Positions 1-11,275 of a DNA stretch of 64,000 bases are shown here, piece after piece. The notes beneath the pieces are model-generated. The model was not told the origin of the DNA and did not search any database. It worked only from the letters and a program-made list of their open reading frames with translations. Origin of the DNA: an uncultured Gemmataceae bacterium (GTDB taxonomy: Bacteria > Planctomycetota > Planctomycetia > Gemmatales > Gemmataceae). Positions within the stretch are counted from its first letter, which is position 1, and every line of letters begins with the position of its first letter. A program made the position numbers and the translations under genes. The stretch spans positions 128,001-192,000 of the forward strand of contig CAVVPN010000001.1 of assembly GCA_963750165.1 (NCBI GenBank), in the 5' to 3' direction.

Positions 1-144
1 GCCGCCGGCAGCGCCGCTTATTTCCGTGTGCAGGGGCCGAGCGTCGTCATCGAATACGCCCCGCAGCAAGGCGGCACCAACCACATCCACACCATCGTCC
101 GCGAGCTGGGGAATGATTACGGCAAAAAGCTCGTGAAGCGTTGA
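1..144 (+). CDS. 3' end of DUF3500-like protein (partial)
   Basis: Frame 1 reads YFRVQGPSVVIEYAPQQGGTNHIHTIVRELGNDYGKK*, resembling the DUF3500 C-terminal NHIH..R..NDYG motif. Confidence 0.7.
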   Translation, partial: AAGSAAYFRVQGPSVVIEYAPQQGGTNHIHTIVRELGNDYGKKLVKR

Positions 145-152
145 CAGGTCCG

Positions 153-203
153 AGCCCGAGCGCCAGCGCGGGGCCAGGTCTGCCCCTCGCTGGCGCTCGG
201 GCT
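153..203. repeat. REP-like palindrome between convergent genes
   Basis: GAGCCCGAGCGCCAGCG...CGCTGGCGCTCGGGCTC inverted arms. Confidence 0.75.
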
Positions 204-208
204 CCGAA

Positions 209-793
209 TCAGAAGCGGCAGCCCAGGAAGATGCCGGCGACCGGCACCACGCCCCAGCGGTTGCCGTAGCCGGCGCCGGCGCCGAGCTTTATTCCGATGT
301 GTCCGCAGCAGCGGTCGCTGAAGTCGTGCTCCCATTGCACTTCCACGTCCGCCGTGAACAGCTCAATCGTGGTGGGACCGCAACGATACCACCGATCAAA
401 GTCGCGCCGAAGGTTATACAGCAGATAGGCGTCCAGGCCGGGGCTGACGGTGAAGGCGTCGTGCTCGCCGCACAGCGGCTTGAAGCGGTGCCGGAAGCCG
501 CCGCCGGCCATTGGGTAGATGAACTCCACGCCGACCAACCCTTCCACCAGCCAGTCGCGGCCGAGGCCATCGCCCAGACCGTGCTGGGCGCGCACGCCGG
601 TCGGGTAGCCGAGCACCACGTCCACCACCCAGGTCTTGTCAAACGGGTCGGCGGGCGGTGGCGACACGGCGAGCGCGCTCAGGGCAGGAGCGGGGCTGTC
701 GGCGGGCCAGGCCGTCGGGGTCTGCGCTCGCGCCGGACTGACCGCCCTTGCCAGCGCCACCACGATCCCCAGGACCAACAAGGATTGCCGCAT
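209..793 (-). CDS. Exported hypothetical protein, possibly a small beta-barrel
   Basis: ATG at 793 gives a signal peptide (MRQSLLVLGIVVALARAVSPARA), alternating beta-strand pattern, C-terminal Phe. Confidence 0.6.
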   Translation of the reverse strand: MRQSLLVLGIVVALARAVSPARAQTPTAWPADSPAPALSALAVSPPPADPFDKTWVVDVVLGYPTGVRAQHGLGDGLGRDWLVEGLVGVEFIYPMAGGGFRHRFKPLCGEHDAFTVSPGLDAYLLYNLRRDFDRWYRCGPTTIELFTADVEVQWEHDFSDRCCGHIGIKLGAGAGYGNRWGVVPVAGIFLGCRF

Positions 794-1022
794 GGGCCGC
801 TCCGCGCAGCATGTGCCAGGAAACCGGACGGGACCATAGCCGTCGGTGGTGCCGCTGTCAACCAGACCTGACGCTGGGCTTGCGGGCATCCCCGGCGTAC
901 AATGCCCGGCAAGGAAACTGGAGAAGCCCGGGAATTTGACTCGCGTTCCAAGAAGTTGCCGGGTACAACGAATAACTCCATAAAGGCCACGGACCTGATT
1001 GGCACCCACAGAATTTACCAAC

Positions 1023-3164
1023 ATGCCTCCGTCGCTCGGCAGGGTTCTGGGTGGATTGCTGGTGCTGTTGCCGATGCTGCTCCCCTTGCTCGACACGGGG
1101 GCCGCGTCTGCTCCGGCAGCGTCCAGCGTTTCCCCGCAGGACACCCTGACTCGCATTGAATTGCCGGGCGAATCCCCGGAGGCCGCCCGCCGTCTCAAGG
1201 CCGCGGACCAGCTCGCGGCTGAAAAAAAATGGCCCGACGCCCTGGACGAGTATCAACGCCTCCTTGAAGAGGACGGCGACGACCTCACCCCCATCGAAAC
1301 CCCTGCCGAGTTGGCCGCCGGCACCGCCCGATGCGTGCAAACCCGTGTGCTCTGCCACCAGCGCATCGCCCTGCTGCCGGCCGCTGTCCTGCGGTTGTAC
1401 CGCAAACGTGTCGATGGCCAGGCCAAAAAATGGCTGCGTCAGGGCACTGAACAGCACGACCGTCAGGCATTGTGTCGTATCGTGGATGAGCACTTTTGCA
1501 GCAGCGTCGGCGACCGGGCGCTGCTGGCGCTCGGCGACCTGGCATTCGAGCGCGGCAACTTCGACGAGGCCCTGCACTGGTGGCTGCTGTTGACCGCCCC
1601 TCCGAGCGAGGTGGGCCGGCCGGCGGTTGGGCTGCGCTTCCCCGACCCGCAGGTGGACCTGGCGGCCGTGCGGGCGCGGCAAATCCTGGCCTGGCTGTTC
1701 CTGCGGCTGCCGCAGCGCGTCGCGGAGGAGCTGGCCGCCTTCCGCAAACTGCACGCCAAGGCGCAGGGGACCATTGCCGGCAAAACGGGGGCGTATGTCG
1801 ATCTGCTCGGTCAGCTGATCGCCGACGCCCGCAAGGACTTGCTCGCGGCGGAAGCGGACTGGCCGACGTTCGGCGGTTCGGCGACGCGCAACCGTGTGCT
1901 GGTGCGACCGCCGCGACCGCAGCTCTGGCGCAGCGGGCCGACGTGGAGCGTGCCACTGGTCGGCGCCTCGCCGGCGCTGTCGCGGCGGCCGGTGGTCCAC
2001 CCCATCATCGTGGACGACCAGGTGCTGGTTGCCGGTGCCTGTGCCGTGCGTGCCTTCCGTCTCACGGACGGCGCCCCACTGTTCCAGTTCGACCTCAGCA
2101 GCGTGGCCGACCGGATCGGCTTTGAGCCGGCACTGAAAAAGTCCGCGGTCTGCGGCGGCGGCTGCACCCTCAGCGCCAGCGATGACAGCATCTTTGCACG
2201 CCTTGGCGCCCCGCTGCCGTGTCGGGCCGCCCGCGACGCCGCGCCCATGCTCCAGCATCAAAGTTTCCTGATCTGCCTGGACCGCACCCCGCCCATCGGG
2301 CCGGAAAAGCCGCCGCGCGTCCGCTGGCAGGTCAAGGCGGACGGCCTGCCGGGGCTGGTCGGCTTCGAGGGCGCCCCGCTGCCACACGGCGACCGCGTTT
2401 ATGTCGCCCTGAGCGCCCTGGTTGGCCAGCGCACGCGGACGCAACTGCTCTGCCTGCGGGCCGACACCGGCCAGGAAATTTGGCGGCAGGACGTGTGCGT
2501 CACGCCGGAGCCCGAGGAGGACGCGCCGCCGGTGTGCCGGCACCATCTGGTGACGCTGGCGGGGCCGAACGTGGTGTACTGCTCGCACTCCGGGGCGGTG
2601 GTCGCGCTGGACGCCCACAGTGGCAAGCGCGTCTGGTCGCTGCGCTATCCGCCGCGTCCCTCCGCGGAGGGCAGCCCACCGCCGGGCGTGCGCGACCTGG
2701 CGCCGTGCGTCTTCGCCCGGGAGCGCGTGTTCGTTGCGCCGCTCGACACGAATCGGTTACTGTGCCTGGACCCCGGAACAGGCCAGTTGCTCTGGGAGCA
2801 GCGCGGGCTGGAGACGGTGCAGTTGCTGGGCGTCGCCGGGCGGCGGCTGGCGCTGACGACACCGCGCGGCCTGATGGCCCTGGACGTGGACGGCGGCGTT
2901 GCCTGGCAGAAGCCGGACGCCGGGGCGCTGGCGAGCCACGGTCGTGGGCTGCTGGCGGGTTCCTGGGTGTTCTGGCCGACGCGCGCCGCCCAGCTACCGG
3001 TGCGGGCCCTGCACCTGGAGAGCGGCGGCCCGGAGCACGGCGGCGACCTGCTCGAGCCGACGCAGTTGCGGCTGCTGCGGCCGGGCAACCTGGCGTTCGC
3101 TTACGGCGGCCTGGTCGTGGCGGGGTCGGACGACTTGACCGGGTATGTGCCGATCCGCCCATGA
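1023..3164 (+). CDS. PQQ-binding-like beta-propeller repeat protein with N-terminal TPR-like region
   Basis: Signal peptide, DWPTFGGSATRN motif, repeated LxCLDxxTGxxxW blades. Confidence 0.8.
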   Translation: MPPSLGRVLGGLLVLLPMLLPLLDTGAASAPAASSVSPQDTLTRIELPGESPEAARRLKAADQLAAEKKWPDALDEYQRLLEEDGDDLTPIETPAELAAGTARCVQTRVLCHQRIALLPAAVLRLYRKRVDGQAKKWLRQGTEQHDRQALCRIVDEHFCSSVGDRALLALGDLAFERGNFDEALHWWLLLTAPPSEVGRPAVGLRFPDPQVDLAAVRARQILAWLFLRLPQRVAEELAAFRKLHAKAQGTIAGKTGAYVDLLGQLIADARKDLLAAEADWPTFGGSATRNRVLVRPPRPQLWRSGPTWSVPLVGASPALSRRPVVHPIIVDDQVLVAGACAVRAFRLTDGAPLFQFDLSSVADRIGFEPALKKSAVCGGGCTLSASDDSIFARLGAPLPCRAARDAAPMLQHQSFLICLDRTPPIGPEKPPRVRWQVKADGLPGLVGFEGAPLPHGDRVYVALSALVGQRTRTQLLCLRADTGQEIWRQDVCVTPEPEEDAPPVCRHHLVTLAGPNVVYCSHSGAVVALDAHSGKRVWSLRYPPRPSAEGSPPPGVRDLAPCVFARERVFVAPLDTNRLLCLDPGTGQLLWEQRGLETVQLLGVAGRRLALTTPRGLMALDVDGGVAWQKPDAGALASHGRGLLAGSWVFWPTRAAQLPVRALHLESGGPEHGGDLLEPTQLRLLRPGNLAFAYGGLVVAGSDDLTGYVPIRP

Positions 3165-3277
3165 CGGCACCGTTGGTAGCGATTCTGTCATTTGGGTATA
3201 ATTCCAGGGTGACCGACCGCCGCGCAGCCGTTACCATGAAATAGTGTCGCACCTCCACCGCCAGGGAGCCTGAGTCG

Positions 3278-4492
3278 ATGAGCAAAGGGACCGATAAAAC
3301 ACTACCCGTCAAATGCACCAAATGCGGCCTGACCGCGCAGGTGCCCGTCGGCGGCCGCCGGCTGTGCGGCTGCGGCACCTGGTTGTCTGGTGACAAACCA
3401 GCGGACGAGCCCGAACTGGTCGAGCAGATGCCCGAAGCGGGGACGGGCGGCCACTTCCCGCGTATCGAGAGCGATCTGGCCGCCATCGAACGGCTCAACG
3501 ACGGCTACCGCCGCATCAAGCGCGAGATGAACAAGGCCATCGTCGGCCAGCACCGTGTGCTGGAAGAACTGCTCATCGCCATCTTCGCCCGCGGCCACTG
3601 TCTGCTGGTCGGCGTGCCTGGCCTGGCGAAAACGCTCATGATCCGCACCCTGGCGGACTCGCTCAACCTCAACTTCAGCCGCATCCAGTTCACGCCCGAC
3701 CTGATGCCGAGCGACATCACCGGCACCGAGGTGTTGCAGGAGGACAAGGCGACCGGCCAGCGTCTGTTCAAGTTCCTCAACGGCCCGCTGTTCTCCAACG
3801 TCATCCTCGCCGACGAGGTGAACCGCACGCCGCCCAAGACGCAGGCCGCCCTGCTCGAAGCCATGCAGGAACGTCAGGTGACCGTCGGCGGCACCCGCCA
3901 CAAGCTGCCGGACCCGTTCTTCGTGCTGGCGACGCAGAACCCCATTGAACAGGAAGGCACCTATCCGCTGCCCGAGGCGCAGCAGGACCGCTTCATGTTC
4001 AACGTGCTGGTCGATTACCCCGAGGAGGACGAGGAATTCCGCATCGTCGAGATGACGACGGCGATGTACACGCCGATGATCGAGCGCGTGCTGTCGGCCA
4101 ACGACATTCTGGAGATGCAGGACATCGTGCGCAAGGTGCCGGTGGCGCCGTATGTGATCCGCTACGCCATGAAGTTCACACGGCAGACGCGCAAGGAAAA
4201 GGGCGAGGTGCCGAAGTTCATCAAGGACTACGTGACCTGGGGCGCGGGGCCGCGGGCGTCGCAGTTCCTGGTGCTGGGCGCCAAGGCGCGGGCGGTCCTG
4301 CACGGCCGCTATTACGTCTCCTGCGAGGACATCCGCGCGGTGGCGGTGCCCGTGCTGCGGCATCGCATCATCACCAACTTCAACGCCGAGGCCGAGGGCG
4401 TCAAGCCGGAGGACATCATCCAGCGTCTGGCGGACATGATTCCGCGCGACCCCAACGAGGCCCAGCTGGAACGCGGCCGGGCCGCCGTTTAA
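3278..4492 (+). CDS. moxR: MoxR family AAA+ ATPase
   Basis: GVPGLAKT Walker [60 protein letters not shown]. Confidence 0.95.
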   Translation: MSKGTDKTLPVKCTKCGLTAQVPVGGRRLCGCGTWLSGDKPADEPELVEQMPEAGTGGHFPRIESDLAAIERLNDGYRRIKREMNKAIVGQHRVLEELLIAIFARGHCLLVGVPGLAKTLMIRTLADSLNLNFSRIQFTPDLMPSDITGTEVLQEDKATGQRLFKFLNGPLFSNVILADEVNRTPPKTQAALLEAMQERQVTVGGTRHKLPDPFFVLATQNPIEQEGTYPLPEAQQDRFMFNVLVDYPEEDEEFRIVEMTTAMYTPMIERVLSANDILEMQDIVRKVPVAPYVIRYAMKFTRQTRKEKGEVPKFIKDYVTWGAGPRASQFLVLGAKARAVLHGRYYVSCEDIRAVAVPVLRHRIITNFNAEAEGVKPEDIIQRLADMIPRDPNEAQLERGRAAV

Positions 4493-4636
4493 TTGCAAAT
4501 TGCAGATTGCAAATCGAAAGACGGGTTCGTAGTACCGCCTTTAGGCGGAATCCGGGCGTCTGGTTTCGGCTAAAGCCGGTACTACAAACCGGTCTTTCAA
4601 TCTGCAATCTGCAATCTGCAATCTACAATCTGCAAT
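4493..4636. repeat. Composite palindrome: heptamer-repeat arms enclosing a GTAG-type REP pair
   Basis: (TTGCAAA/TTGCAGA)x3 on the left, (CAATCTG)n on the right; inside GTAGTACCGCCTTTAGGCGGAA...TTCGGCTAAAGCCGGTACTAC. Confidence 0.8.
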
Positions 4637-4650
4637 CCTCAAGGTATCCC

Positions 4651-5565
4651 ATGCCGACCGGCCAGCAACAAGACGACGTGCTGAAATACCTCGACCCGCT
4701 GATCCTGGCCAAGGTGCGCGGCCTGGAGTTGCAGGCCCGGCTGCTCGTGGAGGGCTTCCTCGCGGGCATGCACAAGAGCCCGTACCACGGCTTCTCGGTC
4801 GAGTTCGCCCAGCACCGCGAATACGTCCCCGGCGACGACATCAAGCACATTGACTGGAAGGTCTACGGCCGCACCGGCCGCTTCTACCTCAAGCAGTACG
4901 AGGCAGAAACGAACCTCGTCTGCTGGATTTTGCTGGATGTCAGCGAGTCGATGCGCTACGGCTCCGCGGCGGTGACGAAGTACGACTACGCCTGCATGGC
5001 CGCGGCGGGCCTGGCGTACCTGGTGCTGCAACAGGCGGACAGCGTCGGCTTCATCACCTTCGACAACCAGATCCGCAAGTTCATGAAGCCGTCGAGTCAA
5101 CCGTCCAACCTGAAGGAGATCGTCCGCGTCATGAACCAGGGGGCGGCGCGTGAGAAGTCGCACATGGGCCAGCTGTTTCACGATCTGGCGGAGCGTGTCA
5201 ACCGCCGGGCGCTGATCTTCGTCCTGAGCGACATGTTCGACGAGGTGAACGAGGTGCTGCTGGGTCTGCAACATCTGCGGCACAAGCGGCACGAGGTCAT
5301 CCTCTGGCACACGCTGGACGCGGCAGAGCTAACGTTCCCGTTCCAGGAGCCGACGCTGTTCCGCGGCCTGGAGGCGTACCCCGAACTGCTGACCGACCCG
5401 CGCTCGCTGCGCAAGAGCTATCTTGAACAAATGGAAGCGTTCGTTGAACAGTTGAAGCTCGGTTGTCGCCATCAGAATATCGATTACGTCCAGCTGCGCA
5501 CCGACACGCCGCTCAACGTGGCGCTGTCGAGCTACCTGGCGCATCGGTTGACGCGCTCTAAATAA
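4651..5565 (+). CDS. DUF58 domain protein
   Basis: GMHKSPYHGFSVEFAQHREYVPGDDIKHIDWK, LLDVSESM; follows moxR. Confidence 0.95.
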   Translation: MPTGQQQDDVLKYLDPLILAKVRGLELQARLLVEGFLAGMHKSPYHGFSVEFAQHREYVPGDDIKHIDWKVYGRTGRFYLKQYEAETNLVCWILLDVSESMRYGSAAVTKYDYACMAAAGLAYLVLQQADSVGFITFDNQIRKFMKPSSQPSNLKEIVRVMNQGAAREKSHMGQLFHDLAERVNRRALIFVLSDMFDEVNEVLLGLQHLRHKRHEVILWHTLDAAELTFPFQEPTLFRGLEAYPELLTDPRSLRKSYLEQMEAFVEQLKLGCRHQNIDYVQLRTDTPLNVALSSYLAHRLTRSK

Positions 5566-5581
5566 CCTGGTCTGTTGTCCC

Positions 5582-5701
5582 CCGTTGTGGCCCGGTCTCC
5601 TGACCGGGCCACGGACTGCGACCGAAGGTCTCCCAGGCTTCCACCCGGAGGAGACCTTCGGTCAAAGCCTGTAGCCTGGTCCGGAGACCAGGCCACAACG
5701 G
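5582..5701. repeat. REP/MITE-like palindromic element (GTTGTGGC...GCCACAAC family)
   Basis: CCGTTGTGGCCCGGTCTCC...GGAGACCAGGCCACAACGG termini with internal ACCGAAGGTCTCC/GGAGACCTTCGGT hairpin. Confidence 0.8.
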
Positions 5702-5719
5702 AACCGAGGGATTGAACAT

Positions 5720-8700
5720 ATGGCTGCTTTGTTCGCATTCCTGCCGCTGTGGGGCACGGTCCTGGTGGGCGCCGCCGCCGTGGCGGTCCCCATCCTGATC
5801 CACCTGTTTAACCGCAAGCGCTACCGCGTCGTCGTCTGGGCGGCCATGAAGTTCCTGCTGGCGGCCCAGAAACAGAACACGCGCCGCATGCGCATCGAAC
5901 AGCTGATCCTCCTGGCGGTACGCTGCCTGCTGCTGCTGCTGCTGGTGCTGGCCCTGGCGAGCATCGAGCCCTGGGCGGAGACGGTGTGGGCGGGCCTCTG
6001 GTCTGGCGGCAGCAGCCCCGGCCATCTGCGCACCGGCCGCATCCACAAAGTGCTGGTCATCGACGCCAGCCTGAGCATGGCCGCCAAGCACGAGCAGGGC
6101 AAGAGTTGCTTCGATCTTGCCAGGGAGCAGGCCCTCAAAATCATCGGCGACGCCGGCAGCGGCGACGGCTTCAGCGTCCTGGTCCTGGGCGAACGGCTCG
6201 ACTGGAAAATTCAGGAAGCCTCGCTGGACTGCGACCGTGTCAGCAAGGAAATCAACGGCCTCAAGGTGACGCACGGCAACACCAGCGCCCTGGCGGCGCT
6301 GCAGGCGGTCGCCGACCGGCTGCGCGACACCGATCCGCGCTTCACCGCTCGCGAGGTGTATTTTCTCACCGACCTGCAGCGGGCCACCTGGAACGTGACG
6401 CTGCCCACTGAGGGCCAGGAGGCCCGGGCCGCGAAGGACCAGCACCCGCTCGTCGAGGAACTGCAAAAGGCCGCCAGCACCGTCTTCGTGGATGTGGGCC
6501 GTGACGGACTGCAGAACGTGGCGGTCACCGACCTGACCGTCAGCGACCCCATCCTCACCGCCGGCGCCGAGGTCGCCTTCCAGGCGACGATCAAGAATTT
6601 CGGCAGCGCCGCCCGGAACGGCCTCGGCGTGGAACTGCTGATCGGCCGCGGCAGCACGGCGGCCGGCGGCGGCGGCTTCGACCTCACCCGCCACGATGCG
6701 CCCAAAAAAATCAGCCTGCGTTCGGGCGAGACGGCCACCGTGGTGTTCACGCACCGCTTCACCAGCGCCGGCACCTACGCGGTGCGCGTGCAGGTGGACC
6801 GCGACGACCTGGAGGCCGACGACGCCCGCACTGTGATCGTGACGGTGCGCGAACAGATTCCGCTGCTGCTGGTCAACGGCCAGCCGGCTGACCCCAAGCA
6901 CGGCCATCCCGAGGCCGCCACCGAGGTGCTGCCGTTTGCGCTCGACCCGCCGCCCATCGGCAAGGACGGCGTCAAGGTGCCGGTGCAGTTGACCGAGCTG
7001 TCGGTCGGCGACTTCGCCCGGGAGAACCTCAGCCGCTTCGACTGCATTTTCCTGTGCGACGTGGGCGAGTTGACGCCGAATGACGTGAACCGGCTGGCGG
7101 CGCACCTGCGCCGCGGCGGCGGCCTGGTCGTCACCGCCGGCGACAACGTGGCCGACAACATCGATCTGTATAACAAGCTGCTGTTCAATCAGAAAAAGGG
7201 CCTGCTGCCCGCCCGTCTGGTGGGCGTGCAGGAAGCGCCCGCCGGCAACCATTTTTATCTGGACGCCGACGACTCGCACTTCAAGAAGCCACCGCTGCGG
7301 GCCTTCCTGGACGCGACCGACCGCTTCACGCTGCGGCGAGCGCAGTTCTTCAAGTATCTGCGTGTCACGCCCAGCGCCGGACCGGGCAGCCAGGTGCTGA
7401 TGTTCCGGGCGACCGGCCCGCAGGCCGCCAACCTGCCGGACGCTGATCCCGCCCTGCTGGCGTGGCATCCACCGCTGCCCGTCGAGGACGCGCCCGCCGT
7501 CGCCGGCAAGGGCGGTGCCGCGGCCACACTCTCGGGCCAGTATCGCGGCAAGGTGATCTTCCTCACGACAACGGTGAACCGCGACTGGACCACCTGGCCG
7601 GGCTCCGCCAGCTTCCTGCCGATGATGCAGCAACTGTGGCGGCTGGGCGTCTCCGCCAGGCTGCGCGACCAGGCACTGCCGGTGGGCGCCGCCCTGGAAG
7701 AAGTGGTCGGCTCCGTCGAGGGCCACCTGCGGGCAGTCGCCGCGTTGCCGAAGGAGGAGGCCGCCAAGGCGACGCTGCCGGAGGCGACGCTGTTCCTGCC
7801 TGGCGGCGACACGGTCCAGGTGCCGACGCAGAACGTCGAGGATTTACTGCTGTTCCGCTGGGCCAAAACCGACCAGGCGGGTGTGTACCGTGTCACCGTG
7901 GGCAAGGCCCCGACCGACTACCTGTTTGCGGTCAACCCGCCGCCGACCACGCTCGACACCGGCAGCAGCGAAAGCGACCCGGAACGCCTCGACCGGGAGC
8001 GCCTCAAGGAAATCTTCTCCGGCTGGGACTTCCAGCTGGTCAAGAACCCCGCCGACGCCCGACCGCCGCAGAATACCCAGGGCAGTGAGGCTGTCTGGCC
8101 GGTGCGGCACGGGCCGTGGGTCGCCTTTCGGCTGCTGCTGGCGGTGCTCGGGCTCATGCTGCTGGAGGTGGTGCTGGCGTGCGCCTTCGCCCGCTTCAGC
8201 GTCGTGCCTGGGATCAAGCAAATTCCCAGGCTGCGGCTGCTGTGGCCGGGCGTGACCGCCGTGCTGGCGGTGTTGCTGATCGGCGTCGTCGCCGGCACGC
8301 TGCTGCAGGCGGCGGCCACCAACGATTTTCTGAGCTTTTTGCCGGACGAGACGCGCGGCCTGGTGGAAAGCGTGCTGGGCATCCAGTCGCCCGCCCCTGG
8401 CGAGAGCCGGCTGTGGGAATTGCAGTCCAGCCCCGACAGCGCCATGCCGTCGTGGATGTGGTTCGGCCTCGGCCTGCTGGGCGTGGTCATCGCCGGCGTG
8501 TACGTGCTGGAAGCACGGGCGGTCGGCGTCCCCGTCGGTGGGCTGCTCGGGCTCGCCAACGTGGCCCTGTTCCTGACAGTGCTGGTGACGTTTCTGCCGC
8601 AGTGGGAGCTGCAATTCGTCCGCGAAAGCTGGCCGGACGTGGTGCTCATCATCGACGACTCGCTCAGCATGGGCGAACCGGACTACTACAACGAGACGAT

Positions 8701-11078
8701 CCAGGCCAAGGTGGACGAGTACACCGCCGACATCCGCAAGCAGCTGGAGGAGCAGTTGCCCGGACGCATCCGCAGTACGCGCGAACGGCTGGAGGAGCTG
8801 CGCAAGAACCCGCCAAAGGGCCAGGAGGGTCTGGTGCGCGAGACGGAGCGGCGCCTGGAGTATTACGAGAAACTGCTGCCCAACGTGAAGTCGCCATCCT
8901 GGCGGCCGACGCGGTTGCAGGCTGGCCCAGCACATCCTGACACGCAACGAGCCGGACTGGCTGAACACGCTGTTCAAGCAGCGCAAGCTGAAGGTCCACG
9001 TTTTCCATCTGGACGCGCAGGGCCACCTGACGCGGCTGAAGGATTCCAGGGGCTTCGCCGGCGATTTGATCGACGCGGGCAAGCCGGAGGAGGTGGAGCG
9101 CACCCGGCAGGCCATTGCGGACCTGGTGCCGGCCGGCGAGGACAGCCGGCTGGGCGAGGCGCTGCAGCAGGTGCTCAACCGCTACGCCGGCACGCCGGTC
9201 GCGGGCATCATCTTCTTCACTGACGGCGTCACCACCAAGGGCAACGCCACCATCGCCCGGGCGGCGGATTTCGCCAAGGCCAAGGACGTGCGGCTGTTCT
9301 TCGTCGGCATCGGCGACGATCACGAGGTCCGCGACCTCAAGCTTCACGACCTGCAGGTCGAGGACATCGTCTACGTCAACGACCGCGTCATCTTCGAGGC
9401 GTCGCTGACCGGCCGCGGCTACAAGGACATGACGTTGCCCATCGTCCTGAAGGTCAAGGACAAGGACGGCAAGGAAGTCGAGTTGAAGGACAAGGACGGC
9501 AAGCCGATCCGCGAGAACGTGCAGGTGGACCCGAGCGGCCGGCCGGTGAAGGTGCGGCTGAAGTACCAGCCGACGGAGCCGGGCGAGAAGCTGTTCATCA
9601 TGCAGGCGGAGTTGCCCAAACACGGCCCCGGCGAAAAAGGGCCGAACCCCGCCAACCTGCGCTTGCAGCGCTCCATCTTCGTACAGGAGTCGAAGGTCAT
9701 CAAGGTGCTGCTCATTGAGGGCTCGGCCCGTTACGAATACCGCTTCCTCAAGAGTCTGCTGGAGCGCGAGAACCAGGACAAGAAGCAGAACCGCAGCATT
9801 GAACTCAAGGTGCTGCTGCTCGACGCGGACCAGAATTTCTGGAAGCAGGACAGGAGCGCCATCGCGGACTTCCCGGTGAACAAGCAGGATTTGTATGAGT
9901 ACGACGTGGTGATTCTCGGCGACGCGGACCCGGGCCACCCCAAGCTGGGCGAGGGCCGGCTGCGCGACCTGGCGGCCTTTGTGACGCTGCGCGGCGGCGG
10001 CCTGCTGGCGGTGGCCGGCTCGCAGTACATGCCGCGCGCCTACAAGAAGACGGCGCTGGCGGCGGTGCTGCCGATTGAGATTGGGGTGCCGCCGCCGGAC
10101 CCCGACGAGATCGCTACCGGCTACCAGTTGAAGCTGATTGACCGCCGCCACCCGATCTTCCGCTTCAACCCCGACGAGGGCAAGAACGAGGAGATCTGGA
10201 AGCGGCTCATGCCGATCTACTGGGCGGCACGCGGCTACAAGGCGGACAAGTACGCCAATGTGCTGGCCGTCCACCCCAAGCTCCGCGCCGAGGGTCCGGT
10301 GCCGCGCGGCGTGGACGAGGGCCATCCGCTCATCATCGAGCACTTCCCCGGCCTGGGCCGCTGCATGTTCTTCGGCTTCGACGAAACGTGGCGCTGGCGC
10401 TTCCGCGAGGACGAGCTGCGCTACAACCAATTTTGGATTCAGACGGTGCGATACCTGTCGCGCAGCCGGGTCAGCCGCACGGAGGTGCGCGCCGAACTGC
10501 CGCCGCCCAACCAGCTCAACAAGGCCATCAAGGTCACCGTGCGCTTCCCCGAGAGCCTGAAACTCCAGGGCTCCAAGCCGGGCAGCCGACTGGAGCTGCC
10601 CGAGGAGGTGACCGTCAGTGTGCGGCAGTTGACCGGCGCGGACGGTGGCGGTGTCCCCGTCGATGACATCAAGCTGGCCAGGGCGGGCAAGACTGGCCGC
10701 GTGTACGAGGGGCTGCTGCTGCACCGCACCAAGGGCAAATACCGCCTGACGCTCAGCGACCCGGACGTGAAGCCGTATCAGCCCAACGGCCAGCAGCCGT
10801 TCACCGAAATCGAGGTGGAAGACCCACCGGGCGAGCTGGTCAACCTGCGGCTCAACCGTGAGGAGATGGAGACAGCCGCCAAGCGCACTGGTGGTAAGGT
10901 GTACTCGTCGGCCGACGCCGACGACCTGCTGCGCGAGCTACCGCCGGTGACGCGCGTGGTATCGCGCATCTCGCCGCTGCCGCCGCAGGCGATCTGGAAC
11001 CAGGCCGTGTTCTTCTTCGCCGTGCTCGGTCTGCTGACCGGCCTGTGGATTTTGCGGAAGCGTGAACACCTGTTATAG
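5720..11078 (+). CDS. Large BatA-domain/vWA membrane protein (frameshift near 8920, probably sequencing error)
   Basis: BatA N-terminus PILIHLFNRKRYRVVVWAAMKFL, vWA DASLSM and DDSLSM MIDAS motifs, FFTDG, glutamine-amidotransferase-like segment, C-terminal LWILRKREHLL; ORFs 5720..9223 and 9066..11078 join. Confidence 0.8.
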
Positions 11079-11080
11079 TT

Positions 11081-11262
11081 TGATGGCGGATGGCGGATGG
11101 CGGATTGAAAACCAAATGAACCTTCCCGCCGTCTTGATGTTGCGGTCTTCAGTCCGCAGTCCGGTTCTCTTGTCTGCCGCTTGCGGCTTCGCGCTCAGCA
11201 ACCCATCTGATGTGAGAAGGGTATCAGCGCGCTAGGCCGCCAGCGGCAGACAAGAGAAGCAA
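11081..11262. repeat. (GATGGCG)x3 heptamer run plus GCCGCAAGCGGC-family REP pair
   Basis: TCTGCCGCTTGCGGCTTCGCGCT ... AGCGCGCTAGGCCGCCAGCGGCAGA. Confidence 0.65.
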
Positions 11263-11275
11263 GGCACCAGGAGAG

